From Truepera sp. (GTDB taxonomy: Bacteria > Deinococcota > Deinococci > Deinococcales > Trueperaceae), in the NCBI GenBank assembly GCA_965218435.1, contig CBDCKW010000009.1:1600001-1664000 (forward strand): a DNA stretch of 64,000 nucleotides, given 5' to 3'. Shown in pieces: positions 10,279 through 20,920 of the stretch. Under the pieces are notes generated by a model. It searched no databases and had not been told where the DNA came from. It saw only the letters and a list, made by a program, of their open reading frames with translations. The stretch's first letter is position 1. Each line of letters opens with the position of its first letter. A program made the position numbers and the translations under genes.

Positions 10279-11331
10279 ATGGCGTTAGAACCGCAAAAAG
10301 ACAGCCAGAGACAGAAGAGCCTAGAGACGACCCTCACACAGATCGAGAAACAGTTCGGCAAAGGGGCGATCATGCGCCTCGGCGACGACCGCACCATGTT
10401 AAGCCAAGGCGTCATCTCGACCGGCTCGATGTCGGTTGACTTAGCCTTAGGCGTCGGGGGCGTCCCCCGTGGCCGCATCATCGAAGTCTATGGTCCCGAG
10501 TCCGGCGGCAAGACCACCTTAAGCTTACATATTATCGCCGAAGCGCAAAAAGCCGGGGGCGTGGCCGCGTTTGTCGACGCGGAACACGCCTTAGACCCCG
10601 GCTACGCCAAAGCCTTAGGCGTCGATACCGACGAGCTGTTAGTTTCCCAACCCGACACCGGCGAGCAAGCCTTAGAGATTACCGAACTGCTGGTAAGAAG
10701 TGGGGCGGTAGACGTTATCGTGGTTGACTCCGTAGCGGCGCTTGTCCCCAGGGCGGAGATCGAAGGCGAAATGGGCGACACCCACGTCGGCTTACAAGCC
10801 CGCTTGATGAGTCAAGCGTTGCGGAAGCTGACCGGGGTGTTATCCAAAAGTCACACCACGGCGATCTTTATCAACCAGATTCGGGAAAAGATCGGGGTGA
10901 TGTACGGCAACCCCGAAACGACCCCCGGAGGACGCGCGTTAAAGTTCTATTCGTCCGTGCGGATGGAAGTGCGGCGTAAAGGGGACGTCAAATCAGGGAC
11001 TGACAAAGTGGGCAACCAAACGCGGATCAAAGTCACCAAGAACAAAGTCGCCCCGCCGTTTAAGGAAGCGGAAGTCGAGATCATGTTTGGCCGGGGGATT
11101 GACAAAGTGGGCGACCTGATCAACATTGCTTCGGACCTAGACATCATCCAGAAGTCGGGCTCGTTTTATAAGTATGACGGCGTGACCATCGGCCAGGGTA
11201 AAGAAAAAGCCTCGGCTTACCTCTTAGACCAACCCGGACTTATTGAGCAGATTAGGGAGAGGGTCGTAGGGGTCGTCAGTGGTAAGGGGGCCGAAGAAGA
11301 AACGATAGCGGCTGAAAGTGATCTCGGATGA
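10279..11331 (+). CDS. recA: Recombinase A
   Basis: [27 protein letters not shown] and [16 protein letters not shown]. Confidence 0.99.
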   Translation: MALEPQKDSQRQKSLETTLTQIEKQFGKGAIMRLGDDRTMLSQGVISTGSMSVDLALGVGGVPRGRIIEVYGPESGGKTTLSLHIIAEAQKAGGVAAFVDAEHALDPGYAKALGVDTDELLVSQPDTGEQALEITELLVRSGAVDVIVVDSVAALVPRAEIEGEMGDTHVGLQARLMSQALRKLTGVLSKSHTTAIFINQIREKIGVMYGNPETTPGGRALKFYSSVRMEVRRKGDVKSGTDKVGNQTRIKVTKNKVAPPFKEAEVEIMFGRGIDKVGDLINIASDLDIIQKSGSFYKYDGVTIGQGKEKASAYLLDQPGLIEQIRERVVGVVSGKGAEEETIAAESDLG

Positions 11332-12998
11332 GCCCTTTCGTAGGTGTATTGCTCCTCGTTTTGGGGCTGCTCATCGGTGTGGCCGCCGGGTTTTTGTTTC
11401 GGCAACGCCGCGACACAGAACTCTTGGTACGGGCACAAGCGGAAGCCGACGCGTTCCGGCGCAGCGCCCAAGACGAGGCGCAGCGCACGCTAGACGGAGC
11501 GCAGCGGCAGCGCGACGAACTGTTACAGGGGGCACAGGCGCGGCTCGAGGATGACGCCGCCCGTGCTCACCGCGCCTTACAAGCCGACCTGACCCGTGAG
11601 CGGCAAGCGGCTGAGCTCGAGTTGACCCGCGTTCATAACGAAGCCGAACGTGAAGGCGACCGTATCCGCGAAGCCCGTGACGAACTCCGCCGTGACCGTG
11701 AACGCTTAGACGCCACCGAGGAGCGCCTGACCCGGCGCGGCGAACAGCAAGATGCCCGCGCCCTCAAGCTCGACGACGCCGAAACCCGCCTCGACGAACG
11801 GGCGGACGCACTCAAGGAGCGCGAGGGTGAAGTAGAGCAGCTACGCGGCGAAATCGAAACCCGGCTGTTTGAGATCGCTCAGCTGACCCGTGAGGGGGCG
11901 ACCGAGATGATCTTGAGTCAGTTAGGCAACGAGTTAGAGCGCGAAAAAGCGGTACGGATTCGGGCTGAGCTCGAGAAAGCCGACGCCGAAGCCAAACGCA
12001 AAAGCACCAACATCATCGCGCAGGCCATCCAGCGGAGTGCCAGCGAGGTTTCAGCCGCGATCAGCGTGTCCGTCGTGCCGATCCCCAGCGACGCCATGAA
12101 GGGCCGCATCATCGGCCGTGAAGGGCGCAACATCCGAGCGTTTGAGTCGCTGACCGGCGTTGACCTGATTATTGACGACACGCCCGAAGCCGTTTTGCTC
12201 AGTTCGTTTAATCCGATTCGCCGTGAAGTCGCCAAACTCGCCTTGACCGAACTCGTCACCGACGGCCGGATTCACCCGGCCCGGATCGAAGAAACCGTGC
12301 ATAAAGCGCAGAGCGACATGCAAGCCTACATCCGTGAGCGCGGCGACGAGGCGGCGCTAGAAGCCAACGTCGTCGGGCTGAAACCGGGAATGCTGCAACT
12401 CTTGGGCCGGATGCATTTTCGCACCTCGTACGGGCAAAACGTGCTCAAGCACTCCGTTCAGGTCGCGCATCTGACCGGGATTATCGCGGCTGAAATCGGT
12501 TTGGATGAGGCCCTGGCTCGCCGCGCCGGACTGCTGCACGACATCGGCAAATCCATTGATCGTGAGATCGAAGGGACGCACACCGAAATCGGCGCGAACT
12601 TAGCGCGGCGCTTTGGGGAACCTAAAGAGGTCGTAGACGCAGCGGCGCATCACCACGAATTAGAACTCGCTGAAACGCTCTACCCGGTCATCGTCTCAGC
12701 CGCCGACGCCATCAGCGCCGCAAGGCCGGGGGCGCGGCGCGAAAGCTTGGAGAGCTACCTAAAACGGCTCGAGGGCCTAGAAACCATCGCTACGAGCTTT
12801 CCGGGCGTTGAAAAGTCGTACGCGATTCAAGCAGGCCGCGAAATCCGCATCATCGTCGAACCGGAAAAAGTTGATGACGCCTCGGCCGTGTTGTTAGCCC
12901 GCGACGTCGCCAACCGTATCGAGCAAGATATGGAGTATCCGGGACAGGTGCAGGTGACGGTCGTCCGGGAGTCGCGTGCGGTGCAGTACGCGAGGTAA
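11328..12998 (+). CDS. rny: Ribonuclease Y
   Basis: N-terminal TM helix, coiled coil, KH domain ([13 protein letters not shown]), HD domain (LLHDIGK) and [12 protein letters not shown] overlap with recA. Confidence 0.97.
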   Translation: MSPFVGVLLLVLGLLIGVAAGFLFRQRRDTELLVRAQAEADAFRRSAQDEAQRTLDGAQRQRDELLQGAQARLEDDAARAHRALQADLTRERQAAELELTRVHNEAEREGDRIREARDELRRDRERLDATEERLTRRGEQQDARALKLDDAETRLDERADALKEREGEVEQLRGEIETRLFEIAQLTREGATEMILSQLGNELEREKAVRIRAELEKADAEAKRKSTNIIAQAIQRSASEVSAAISVSVVPIPSDAMKGRIIGREGRNIRAFESLTGVDLIIDDTPEAVLLSSFNPIRREVAKLALTELVTDGRIHPARIEETVHKAQSDMQAYIRERGDEAALEANVVGLKPGMLQLLGRMHFRTSYGQNVLKHSVQVAHLTGIIAAEIGLDEALARRAGLLHDIGKSIDREIEGTHTEIGANLARRFGEPKEVVDAAAHHHELELAETLYPVIVSAADAISAARPGARRESLESYLKRLEGLETIATSFPGVEKSYAIQAGREIRIIVEPEKVDDASAVLLARDVANRIEQDMEYPGQVQVTVVRESRAVQYAR

Positions 12999-13018
12999 GC
13001 AGTAAAAAACTTTCTGAG

Positions 13019-13051
13019 CAGCGTCCGTCCGACAGCGGACGCTGTCTCTTT
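13019..13051 (+). terminator. Probable terminator after rny
   Basis: CAGCGTCCG/CGGACGCTG stem followed by TCTCTTT. Confidence 0.6.
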
Positions 13052-13062
13052 GGAATGAGACT

Positions 13063-13821
13063 ATGCCTACAGCAGCGCAAACTTTTGCCGCACTACTTGA
13101 CCAACTCCGTGCTGACCAAGCTGTCCTTGGTGCGTTTTTAAGCGGTTCGCGTGGCAAAGCGTTTCATACAGTTTCAGCGGATTACGACGTTTACGTTGTG
13201 GTTCAAGACGCCGCCGAGCGTTCCAAATTACGCTATCCCTTTCGTTACAGCGCGGCGATAGACTGCATCGTCGTCAGCTTGACGGAGTTTCGTGACTACG
13301 CCGAGTGGGGCTCGAGCGGTCACTGGGACCGCTATTCATTTGCGCATGTCAACGTTCTATTTGACCGCACCGACGGGACCATTCAAAAACTCGTCGAGCA
13401 AAAAGGGAAAATCCCAACCGAACATCGGACTCCTGTCCTTCGCAGTTCATTAGACGCTTACCTGAATGCGGTGTACCGCTCGTTCAAATGCCTTAAACGA
13501 GGAGACACCCTTGGTGCAAAGCTCGAGGCTGCAACCAGCGTCCCTTTTTTGCTTACGTTCTTGTTCGCCCTAGAGAGCAGACACGCGCCCTTTGCCGGAT
13601 ATTTAGCGCGGGAGCTAAATGCGTATCCTCTGACGCGACTTCCTTTGTCGGTCGCTGCGCTGCTAAGTTCTATTGACGACGCACTTAAAGCTGACGTCAG
13701 GGCGCAGCAAACTCTTTTAGGCCACGTTGATAAACTCGGGCACGACGAGGGCTTAGACGACGTTTTTAGAGGTTGGGACGACGCTTATCCGTGGATGCTT
13801 AACTTTTCGCTCCTGCGCTAA
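13063..13821 (+). CDS. Nucleotidyltransferase (Pol-beta superfamily) with helical C-terminal domain
   Basis: GS-x10-DYD signature (GSRGKAFHTVSADYD) and a later IDC aspartate. Confidence 0.7.
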   Translation: MPTAAQTFAALLDQLRADQAVLGAFLSGSRGKAFHTVSADYDVYVVVQDAAERSKLRYPFRYSAAIDCIVVSLTEFRDYAEWGSSGHWDRYSFAHVNVLFDRTDGTIQKLVEQKGKIPTEHRTPVLRSSLDAYLNAVYRSFKCLKRGDTLGAKLEAATSVPFLLTFLFALESRHAPFAGYLARELNAYPLTRLPLSVAALLSSIDDALKADVRAQQTLLGHVDKLGHDEGLDDVFRGWDDAYPWMLNFSLLR

Positions 13822-14010
13822 AGCTAGGATTGATGAGGTAAGGCTCGAGTTGGCCTATGATGCACGGCTCGTTGCCCCGACGTCGGCTTTTTGTGTATAC
13901 TCCCCTTTGGCACGCTGCTTGCTGTAACCGGCTGGTAGGAACTTTGAGACGCCTGTGAGGTCAGCTTTGATTTACCCCCGAAACCTAACTACGTCAGCTG
14001 GACCCAGCTG

Positions 14011-14952
14011 GTGATCGGCGACGAAGTACGCATTTTTTGCGGGAGCGCGACCCCTGACCTGGCCGCGTCGGTTGCTCAGCATTTGGGCAGCGAGTTGTCT
14101 CAAGGCTGGGCGACGAGCTTTCCCGACGGCGAAACGCGCGTGTTGATCGAAGAGTCGGTCCGCGGCGCAGACTGCTATATCGTGCAGTCAACGTGTTCCC
14201 CGGTCAACCACAACCTGATGGAACTGCTCGTTTTTGTTGACGCGCTCCGGCGCGCGTCGGCGTGGCGTATCAACGCGGTCATTCCATATTTTGGCTACGC
14301 CCGGCAGGACAAAAAGGTGCAGCCCCGCGAACCGATTACGGGTAAGTTGGTGGCAAACTTGCTCGAGAAAGCCGGGGTTGACCGGGTGATCGCCGTTGAC
14401 CTCCACGCCGGTCAGGTCCAAGGTTTTTTCGACGTGCCGGTAGACCACCTGACTGCGCTCGGGATTTTAGGCGAGCATTTAGAAAAACAAGACCTCAAAG
14501 ATACGGTGGTCGTCTCACCCGATGTGGGCCGCGCGACCGAAGCTCGGCGGCTGGCAAATCATCTGGGGCTGCCCATTGCGATTCTGTACAAGCGCCGCAA
14601 CAGCCCCACCGAAACGAGCCTGACGCACGTCATTGGCGACGTCGAGGGGATGCGTCCGATTATCGCCGACGATATGATCTCAACCGCCGGAACGATCAAG
14701 ATGGGCGTCGAGGCGCTGTTAGAACTCGGCGCTAGGCCCGACGTACGGGTCGTCGCCACCCACCCCGTTTTTACCCCGCCCGCCCTAGAACGCCTCGCCC
14801 ACCCCGCTATCAGTGAAGTATTTGTAACCGACACGGTGCCGTATCACGGTGACCTCGCCAAGATCAAAGTTTTATCCGTCGCCGGACTGATTGCCAGCGC
14901 CATCAAAAATGTTCACGACAACACTTCGGTCAGTTCCCTGTTTCCTGTTTAA
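14011..14952 (+). CDS. prs: Ribose-phosphate pyrophosphokinase
   Basis: FPDGE, PYFGYARQD, DLHAGQ.QGFF and DDMISTAGT. Confidence 0.97.
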   Translation: MIGDEVRIFCGSATPDLAASVAQHLGSELSQGWATSFPDGETRVLIEESVRGADCYIVQSTCSPVNHNLMELLVFVDALRRASAWRINAVIPYFGYARQDKKVQPREPITGKLVANLLEKAGVDRVIAVDLHAGQVQGFFDVPVDHLTALGILGEHLEKQDLKDTVVVSPDVGRATEARRLANHLGLPIAILYKRRNSPTETSLTHVIGDVEGMRPIIADDMISTAGTIKMGVEALLELGARPDVRVVATHPVFTPPALERLAHPAISEVFVTDTVPYHGDLAKIKVLSVAGLIASAIKNVHDNTSVSSLFPV

Positions 14953-14975
14953 CCCCAGCTCAGTAGGAGAAGATT

Positions 14976-15617
14976 ATGAGAGTATCCGCCCAGAAACGCA
15001 CCCCCGGCAACGCCCCCGAACTGATTAAGTCGGGCCGTTTGCCCGGTGTGGTCTACAATAAAGAGACCAATATCCCGGTCAGCCTCGAGCTGCGCGAGTT
15101 CGACAAAGCGTTTCGCAGCCAAGGCACCTCGAACGTCATCAATCTAGACATTGACGGCGAAGAACATGACGTGTTGGTACGCGCCGTGCAGATGGACAAA
15201 CGCCGCCGGCAACCCATTCACATTGATTTTTTTGCCATAACCGCCAACCAACCCGTCGAGGTGGCGGTGCCGCTCGAGTTCGTCGGCGAGGCTGCAGGTG
15301 CCAAAGAGGGCGGTCAGACCGACGTCCAGCGCCGTGAAATCCGGATTCGTGTCTTGCCGCGGTTTATCCCGTCGCAGCACCTCGAGGTTGACGTCAGCGA
15401 GTTAGCTATCGGCGACTCGCTTCACCTGAGCGACGTCATCGGTCAGCTTCCCTCACAAGCCGAAGTTTTAGACGACCCCGAAGAGACCGTGATCGCCATC
15501 TTGCCGCCGCGCGTTGAAGAGCCCGAGGAGCCGGTCGAAGCCGAAGCCGCCGAACCTGAAGTTATCGGTGAAGACGGTGAAGGTAACGGTAGCGACGAGG
15601 CAGAAGACGCCGAGTAG
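14976..15617 (+). CDS. rplY: 50S ribosomal protein L25 / general stress protein Ctc
   Basis: PGVVY and HIDF motifs, Ctc C-terminal domain and acidic tail; conserved prs-rplY-pth order. Confidence 0.93.
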   Translation: MRVSAQKRTPGNAPELIKSGRLPGVVYNKETNIPVSLELREFDKAFRSQGTSNVINLDIDGEEHDVLVRAVQMDKRRRQPIHIDFFAITANQPVEVAVPLEFVGEAAGAKEGGQTDVQRREIRIRVLPRFIPSQHLEVDVSELAIGDSLHLSDVIGQLPSQAEVLDDPEETVIAILPPRVEEPEEPVEAEAAEPEVIGEDGEGNGSDEAEDAE

Positions 15618-16188
15618 TACCGCGCCTATCAAGCTTGTCGTCGGGCTCGGCAATCCCGGCCCGCAGTATCAGAGAACCCGGCACAACGCCGGGTTTCTCG
15701 TGCTCGACGAACTCGCACGGCGTTACGCTTTGACTTTTCGCAAAAGCAAACAAGCCGAAGAAGCCAAATGGGAAGGCGTTACACTCCTAAAACCGTTAAG
15801 CTTTATGAACGCTTCGGGCACAGCAGTGCAGGCTGCTCTGACTCGGCTGCGCTTCTCCCCCACCGAACTACTTATCGTTCACGACGACCTCGACCTGCCT
15901 TTTGGTCGGTTACGGCTGCGCAGTGGTGGCAGCGCGGGCGGACAACGCGGCGTCGCCGATACCATTCGCCGGATTGGGCCGGAGTTTACCCGGCTCAAGG
16001 TAGGTATCTCGAGGCCACCCGAAAACTGGAAAGTAGAGAACTGGGTGCTCAGCCGGTTTGGAGAAACCGAACAGCCCTTACTCAACAAGGTGACTACGGC
16101 GGCAGTTGACGCGGTTGAATTGCTGCTTAAAGCGGGGCCGGAGGCGGTGATGCAGCGTTACAACGGGGTAGATTTACGTGAGGGATAG
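15577..16188 (+). CDS. pth: Peptidyl-tRNA hydrolase (start codon uncertain)
   Basis: KLVVGLGNPG..Y..TRHNAGF, FMN.SG and HDDLDLP.G.LRLR..GSAGG. Confidence 0.93.
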   Translation: MKVTVATRQKTPSSTAPIKLVVGLGNPGPQYQRTRHNAGFLVLDELARRYALTFRKSKQAEEAKWEGVTLLKPLSFMNASGTAVQAALTRLRFSPTELLIVHDDLDLPFGRLRLRSGGSAGGQRGVADTIRRIGPEFTRLKVGISRPPENWKVENWVLSRFGETEQPLLNKVTTAAVDAVELLLKAGPEAVMQRYNGVDLREG

Positions 16189-16321
16189 CTCGAGCCAAAG
16201 CACGGTCTTTTATCACTTCCCGAGGGACTTAGCGTCAAGTTTTGTTTGCCCGGTCAACGCCGCTACGCGTTTATTACGTCTGCGCGATAGGGATAGGGCA
16301 AGGGGGTCGTTTAGGGGTCAT

Positions 16322-17482
16322 TCAGGTACCACACGACCCCCGCACCACCAGCCGCGTCGGTAACAGCCGCCGCTGTGGTGGTGAGGCGTCGCCCCCAATC
16401 CGGCTGAGCAAAAGCCGCGCCGCCTGCAACCCGATTTCTCGGCTGGGTTGGGCGACGGTGGTTAAAGAGAGGGCTTCGGCCAGCGGAATGTTATCGAAGC
16501 CGACCACGGCTAAATCTTGCGGGACGCGCACCCCGGCTCCAGCTGCTGCGTCCAGCAGTTTTGCCGCCGTCGCGTCATTAGCGCAGACAGCGGCGCGGGG
16601 CCGCAACCCCTCAGCTGGCAACCTATCAGCTGGTAAACTTGAGCGCCTGACCTCGGGTCTGACAAACTCGGCGTAGTCTGCTGCACTTCTGACGGTGACG
16701 AGCCAGGTCGGGTCAAACGTAAGGCCATGCGCCTGCAACGCGTTTCGGTAACCCTCAAAGCGTTCACGAACCGTCGAGGGAGCCTCGGCGAGCTCGGCGT
16801 TGTGACAGACAAACGCAACGGACGTGTAGCCGAGCCCCAGCAGGTGTGCGGTTGCGCCAAAACTCGCCGCTACGTTGTCTACGCCGACAAAATCGCCGGG
16901 GACCTCGGCGTGGGCTTGGTCGAGGTAAACAAACGGGTAGCGGGCGGTGACCAGCTCGCTAAAAAGCGAGGCGTCGTCGTGCGGCAAGATCAAGACGCCG
17001 CCGAAACCGGCCCGTTTCATCCGCGTCACTTCAGCGTGCTCGAGCGCACTGCTGTGGTGCGAATAACCAAAGGCCGCGTGCGCCCCGGCGTCGCGGCAGG
17101 CCGCCTGGACACCTTTCATAATGTCCAAACAAAAGGCGTCGCGGGTTTCAGGAAACACCACCCCGATAATCTGACCTGACGGTTTTGGCTGTTTTGTAGA
17201 AGCCTGTACCGGCGCGTCTAAAGTTACGACCGTCCCATTTTTGGTTTCACGCCGGACGAGTCCTGCGTCGCTCAGGCCGCGCAGGGCTTGCCGCACCGTG
17301 CCTCGGCTGACCCCGTGCTGCGCCATCAGCGCCATCTCGGTCGGGAGACGTTCGCCGGTCGTCAGCGTCCCCTGTTCGATCAGCGCCCGGTAGTGCTCGA
17401 GCAGCTGCTGGTGCAGGGGCCGTTTATCGTTACGGTCGAGCTCGAGTTCAGGGCTGACGAGGGTTGGCTCAGACACACGCAT
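16322..17482 (-). CDS. GntR (AraR-type) regulator: wHTH plus LacI-type sugar-binding domain
   Basis: LPTE..L...HGVSRGTVRQAL followed by a periplasmic-binding-protein fold (VDN, VPQDLAVVGFD, LTTVAQP). Confidence 0.9.
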   Translation of the reverse strand: MRVSEPTLVSPELELDRNDKRPLHQQLLEHYRALIEQGTLTTGERLPTEMALMAQHGVSRGTVRQALRGLSDAGLVRRETKNGTVVTLDAPVQASTKQPKPSGQIIGVVFPETRDAFCLDIMKGVQAACRDAGAHAAFGYSHHSSALEHAEVTRMKRAGFGGVLILPHDDASLFSELVTARYPFVYLDQAHAEVPGDFVGVDNVAASFGATAHLLGLGYTSVAFVCHNAELAEAPSTVRERFEGYRNALQAHGLTFDPTWLVTVRSAADYAEFVRPEVRRSSLPADRLPAEGLRPRAAVCANDATAAKLLDAAAGAGVRVPQDLAVVGFDNIPLAEALSLTTVAQPSREIGLQAARLLLSRIGGDASPPQRRLLPTRLVVRGSCGT

Positions 17483-17561
17483 ACACTCCTAAGCTTACGA
17501 CGTGAGGGCTGCTGAGTGCGTTCAAAAGCTTGTTTAAGCAACTCGCTTCGAAACCGACTAC

Positions 17562-17606
17562 TTGACAAACGCCCATAGCTAACGCTAAGGTTTTGTCTAT
17601 ACAAAT
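17562..17606 (+). promoter_or_regulatory. Sigma70 promoter with AraR/GntR-type operator for the sugar operon
   Basis: TTGACA (17562) - 18 nt - TAAGGT (17586), overlapped by the near-palindrome TTTTGTCTATACAAAT (17591-17606), which resembles the AraR box ATTTGTACGTACAAAT. Confidence 0.7.
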
Positions 17607-17764
17607 AGCAAGAGGTTGCCCGGTCGGGGTAGCGGGGTAGTGAGGTAGGGTTTTAGGCACCTGTAGCTACCTACACGCGCCGCACCGGGCGATTAGACGC
17701 AGGAAGGAGTTGTTGTCCGGTTACGTCTTGTGGGCGGTTTTTTAGTCTCTTATGGGAGGTTTAG

Positions 17765-19072
17765 ATGAAGCGGTTATGCCTAGCTGTACTCGCCGGTTTG
17801 CTCGTAGGTATGGGTTACGCCCAAGATGTTAAAGAGGTCACCTTTTGGACGAGTCACAGTGACCCCGATTTAATCACCATCAAAAAGATCGTGCAGAACT
17901 TTAACGACGAACACTCCGACATCAACGTCAAATTGGTGCAAGTCCCACCGAGTGCAAGTCCTGAAACCGACGTCACCAAGCTGATGACCGCCGTGCGCGG
18001 CGGTACCGGCCCGGACGTGTATATGCTCGACCGCTTTGTCGTCGCGCAGCGCGCCGCCGATGGACTCTTACAAGACCTGACACCCTATATGAACGGTGAA
18101 GACGTGTTGGCGCAGAACCTCGAGTTCGCCCGCAACGAGGCGATGTTCGGTGGTAAGCCCTACGCGTTGCCTTTTGATACCGACGCGCGGGCGCTCTACT
18201 ACAACATCGACATGCTCAAGGCTGCCGGGGTAGACCCTAGTGAACTCGACCCGAAAAACGGCCCGGTGACGCTCGAGCGCGTTGGTGAACTTGCCGCCAA
18301 AGTTGATGAGAAAAATGCGCAGGGCAACTACGACAAAATGGGCTTTATCCCCTGGTTCGAGCAGGGTTGGCACTATACTTACGGCTTCGACTTCGGCGGG
18401 AGCTTTTACGACGCTGCTACTTGCCAAGTCACACCCACCAACGCGGGAGTTGTCAAAGCGTTTCAGTATGTTTATGACTACGCCGCCGAAAAAGGCCCCC
18501 AACAAGTTCAGGCGTTTCGGCAAGCCTTTACCCGGCCCGATTTGCCGCCGCAGCAAAACCCCTTTATCTCGCAGCAGTTAGCGATGATTATTACCGGCGA
18601 CTGGATGCTCGGCAATATGCAACGTTACGCACCCGACGTAAACTACGGCGTGACCTATATTCCTACCGCCACTAAAGGTGGCAAGTCGGTCACATGGGCC
18701 GGCGGGTGGTCGGTAGTCATGCCGCAAGGGGCCAAAGAACCCGAAGCTGCCTTTGAGTTTATGAAGTACTTCGCTGGTGAACCGGGGCAAAAACTCTATA
18801 CCAAAGAGACGCAGCATATGCCGACGATCACAAGCCTATTAGACGACAATTCACTTTTTGAAGGCCGTCACCAGTTTTTCAAAAAGCTGCTGTCGACCGC
18901 GAAGAACCGCCCGCCACTGCCGGTCGGCGCACTCTACTGGGACGAGCTGACTACCGCTTGGGAAAAAGACTACTTAAACCAGCAGGAGCCGATGCCTGCG
19001 CTTGAAGAGGTCGCCTCACGCGTCCAGCCGCAGCTCCAGCCTTTTTGCGCCCAACTGCAAGCGAGCAACTAG
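17765..19072 (+). CDS. Sugar ABC transporter substrate-binding protein (CUT1)
   Basis: Signal peptide; GPDV, YALPFD...RALYYN and AMIITGDW. Confidence 0.92.
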   Translation: MKRLCLAVLAGLLVGMGYAQDVKEVTFWTSHSDPDLITIKKIVQNFNDEHSDINVKLVQVPPSASPETDVTKLMTAVRGGTGPDVYMLDRFVVAQRAADGLLQDLTPYMNGEDVLAQNLEFARNEAMFGGKPYALPFDTDARALYYNIDMLKAAGVDPSELDPKNGPVTLERVGELAAKVDEKNAQGNYDKMGFIPWFEQGWHYTYGFDFGGSFYDAATCQVTPTNAGVVKAFQYVYDYAAEKGPQQVQAFRQAFTRPDLPPQQNPFISQQLAMIITGDWMLGNMQRYAPDVNYGVTYIPTATKGGKSVTWAGGWSVVMPQGAKEPEAAFEFMKYFAGEPGQKLYTKETQHMPTITSLLDDNSLFEGRHQFFKKLLSTAKNRPPLPVGALYWDELTTAWEKDYLNQQEPMPALEEVASRVQPQLQPFCAQLQASN

Positions 19073-19132
19073 CCTAACCGTTTCTCGGCGTGGTGCTGCA
19101 CTGGCACCACGTTTTGTCTTTGGAGGTTTCTA

Positions 19133-20026
19133 ATGCGCTGGCCTTCTCCGCTCGAGCGCCGCAAGCTACTCCTCGGCCTGATGTTTATCTCACCTTGGAT
19201 CCTCGGCTTTTTGGCCTTTACGCTCTATCCGATTATCTATACCTTGCGGATCAGTTTCACCCGTTACAGCGGTTTTGGGACGCCGCTGTGGGTCGGCCTG
19301 GCCAACTACAAGGCGCTATGGACCGATACTGTTTTTTGGGATTCGCTCTGGAATACGCTCTATTACACCGCGCTCGCGGTACCTATCGGCATTGTTGTAG
19401 CGATGGCGATGGCCATCGCCATGAATCAACCCTTACGTGAAGTGTCCGTCTACCGCGCCGCCCTGTACCTGCCGTCGGTACTCCCGCTGTTTGCCGTATC
19501 GTTTATCTTTATCGCGCTTTTGGATCCCAACCGGGGCATCTTTAATCAGCTGATGGTAGCCTTGGGTCTGCCGAACATCAACTGGTTCGGCGACCCGCGT
19601 TACGCCAAACTGGGGTTGGTACTGCTAGCCCAGTTCGGTGCGGGCAACACCGCGCTCGTTTTTTTAGCGGGTCTTAAAGCCATCCCTAAAACGCTTTACG
19701 AAGCCGCCGTTTTAGACGGGGCGGGGCCGATCCGCCGTTTTTGGAGTGTCACGCTGCCCTTAATGACGCCGGTGATTCTCTACTCGCTCATTTTGGGCCT
19801 CAGTTTGGGGTTGCAGGTCTTTGCTCAGGCTTACATCATCACGAACGGCGGCCCCGCCAACGCCACGAACTTTTACGTGTACTACCTCTACAACCAGGCG
19901 TTTCGTTACAGCAATATGGGCGCGGCCTCGGCGATGGCGTGGGTTTTATTTATCGTCACGCTCATTTTGGCGCTTTTGATCTTCCGCACCTCGAGGCGCT
20001 GGGTCAACTACGAGACGGTAGCCTGA
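19133..20026 (+). CDS. Sugar ABC transporter permease
   Basis: Multi-pass membrane protein; EAA loop LYEAAVLDGA. Confidence 0.93.
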   Translation: MRWPSPLERRKLLLGLMFISPWILGFLAFTLYPIIYTLRISFTRYSGFGTPLWVGLANYKALWTDTVFWDSLWNTLYYTALAVPIGIVVAMAMAIAMNQPLREVSVYRAALYLPSVLPLFAVSFIFIALLDPNRGIFNQLMVALGLPNINWFGDPRYAKLGLVLLAQFGAGNTALVFLAGLKAIPKTLYEAAVLDGAGPIRRFWSVTLPLMTPVILYSLILGLSLGLQVFAQAYIITNGGPANATNFYVYYLYNQAFRYSNMGAASAMAWVLFIVTLILALLIFRTSRRWVNYETVA

Positions 20027-20901
20027 TGGCGACGACGCCTAGAACCCTTTCGCAACCGGCAACCGGACCCAAAACCCGTACCCGGAAAGAGACGCAAAAG
20101 TGGGTCTCGAGGCTGCTCCTAATTCTCTTCAGCATTGCCTTGCTGCTACCGCTCTACTGGATGGTGGCCACGGCGCTTAAAACTGATCAAGAACTCGCGG
20201 TCTTTCCGCCGACACTGTTTCCGCACGAGCCGCAGTGGGGTAACTTTTGGGAAGCCGTCAACTACATCCCGTTTTTCAAGTTCTTAGGCAACACCTTGAC
20301 CGTCACCGTCTTAACCATCGTCGGTTCGGTGATCTCAAACCCGCTCATCGCTTACGGTTTTTCACGGATCGAGTGGCCGGGGCGTGACCGGGTATTTTTG
20401 CTGGTGATGGCGACCGTGTTTATCCCTTTTCCAGTCGTGATTATCGCACTTTTTGACATCTTTGCCCGCTTGGGTTGGATCAATACCTTTTTACCGCTCG
20501 TCGTCCCGATGTTTTTTGGTCAAGCGTTTTGGATATTTTTGATGCGGCAGTTTCTCATGCAGATTCCGATGGAGGTTTCTGACGCCGCAAGGATAGACGG
20601 GGCGAACGAGTTTCAAGTATTCAGCCAGATTGTTCTGCCGCTGACGCTACCCGCCGTGGGCGTGATCGGCATCTTCGCGGCGCTCTACGCGTGGAACGAC
20701 TTTATCGGGCCGCTCATCTATCTGCAAGACGAGAGCAAATACACGCTCGCTATCGGCCTCACCTTTTTTCGCTCACAGTACGACGTGCAGTTTAACTTAC
20801 TCATGGCCGCCTCGACGCTGATCGTACTGCCGGTCGTGATTATCTTTCTGCTCTTTCAGCGGGCGTTTTTAGAGGGGATTACGCTGGGCAGTGTTAAATA
20901 A
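20026..20901 (+). CDS. Sugar ABC transporter permease
   Basis: TGATG coupling to the previous gene; DAARIDGA loop and WNDF..PLIYL. Confidence 0.92.
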   Translation: MATTPRTLSQPATGPKTRTRKETQKWVSRLLLILFSIALLLPLYWMVATALKTDQELAVFPPTLFPHEPQWGNFWEAVNYIPFFKFLGNTLTVTVLTIVGSVISNPLIAYGFSRIEWPGRDRVFLLVMATVFIPFPVVIIALFDIFARLGWINTFLPLVVPMFFGQAFWIFLMRQFLMQIPMEVSDAARIDGANEFQVFSQIVLPLTLPAVGVIGIFAALYAWNDFIGPLIYLQDESKYTLAIGLTFFRSQYDVQFNLLMAASTLIVLPVVIIFLLFQRAFLEGITLGSVK

Positions 20902-20920
20902 AACAGTGTGAAGCAGCGCG

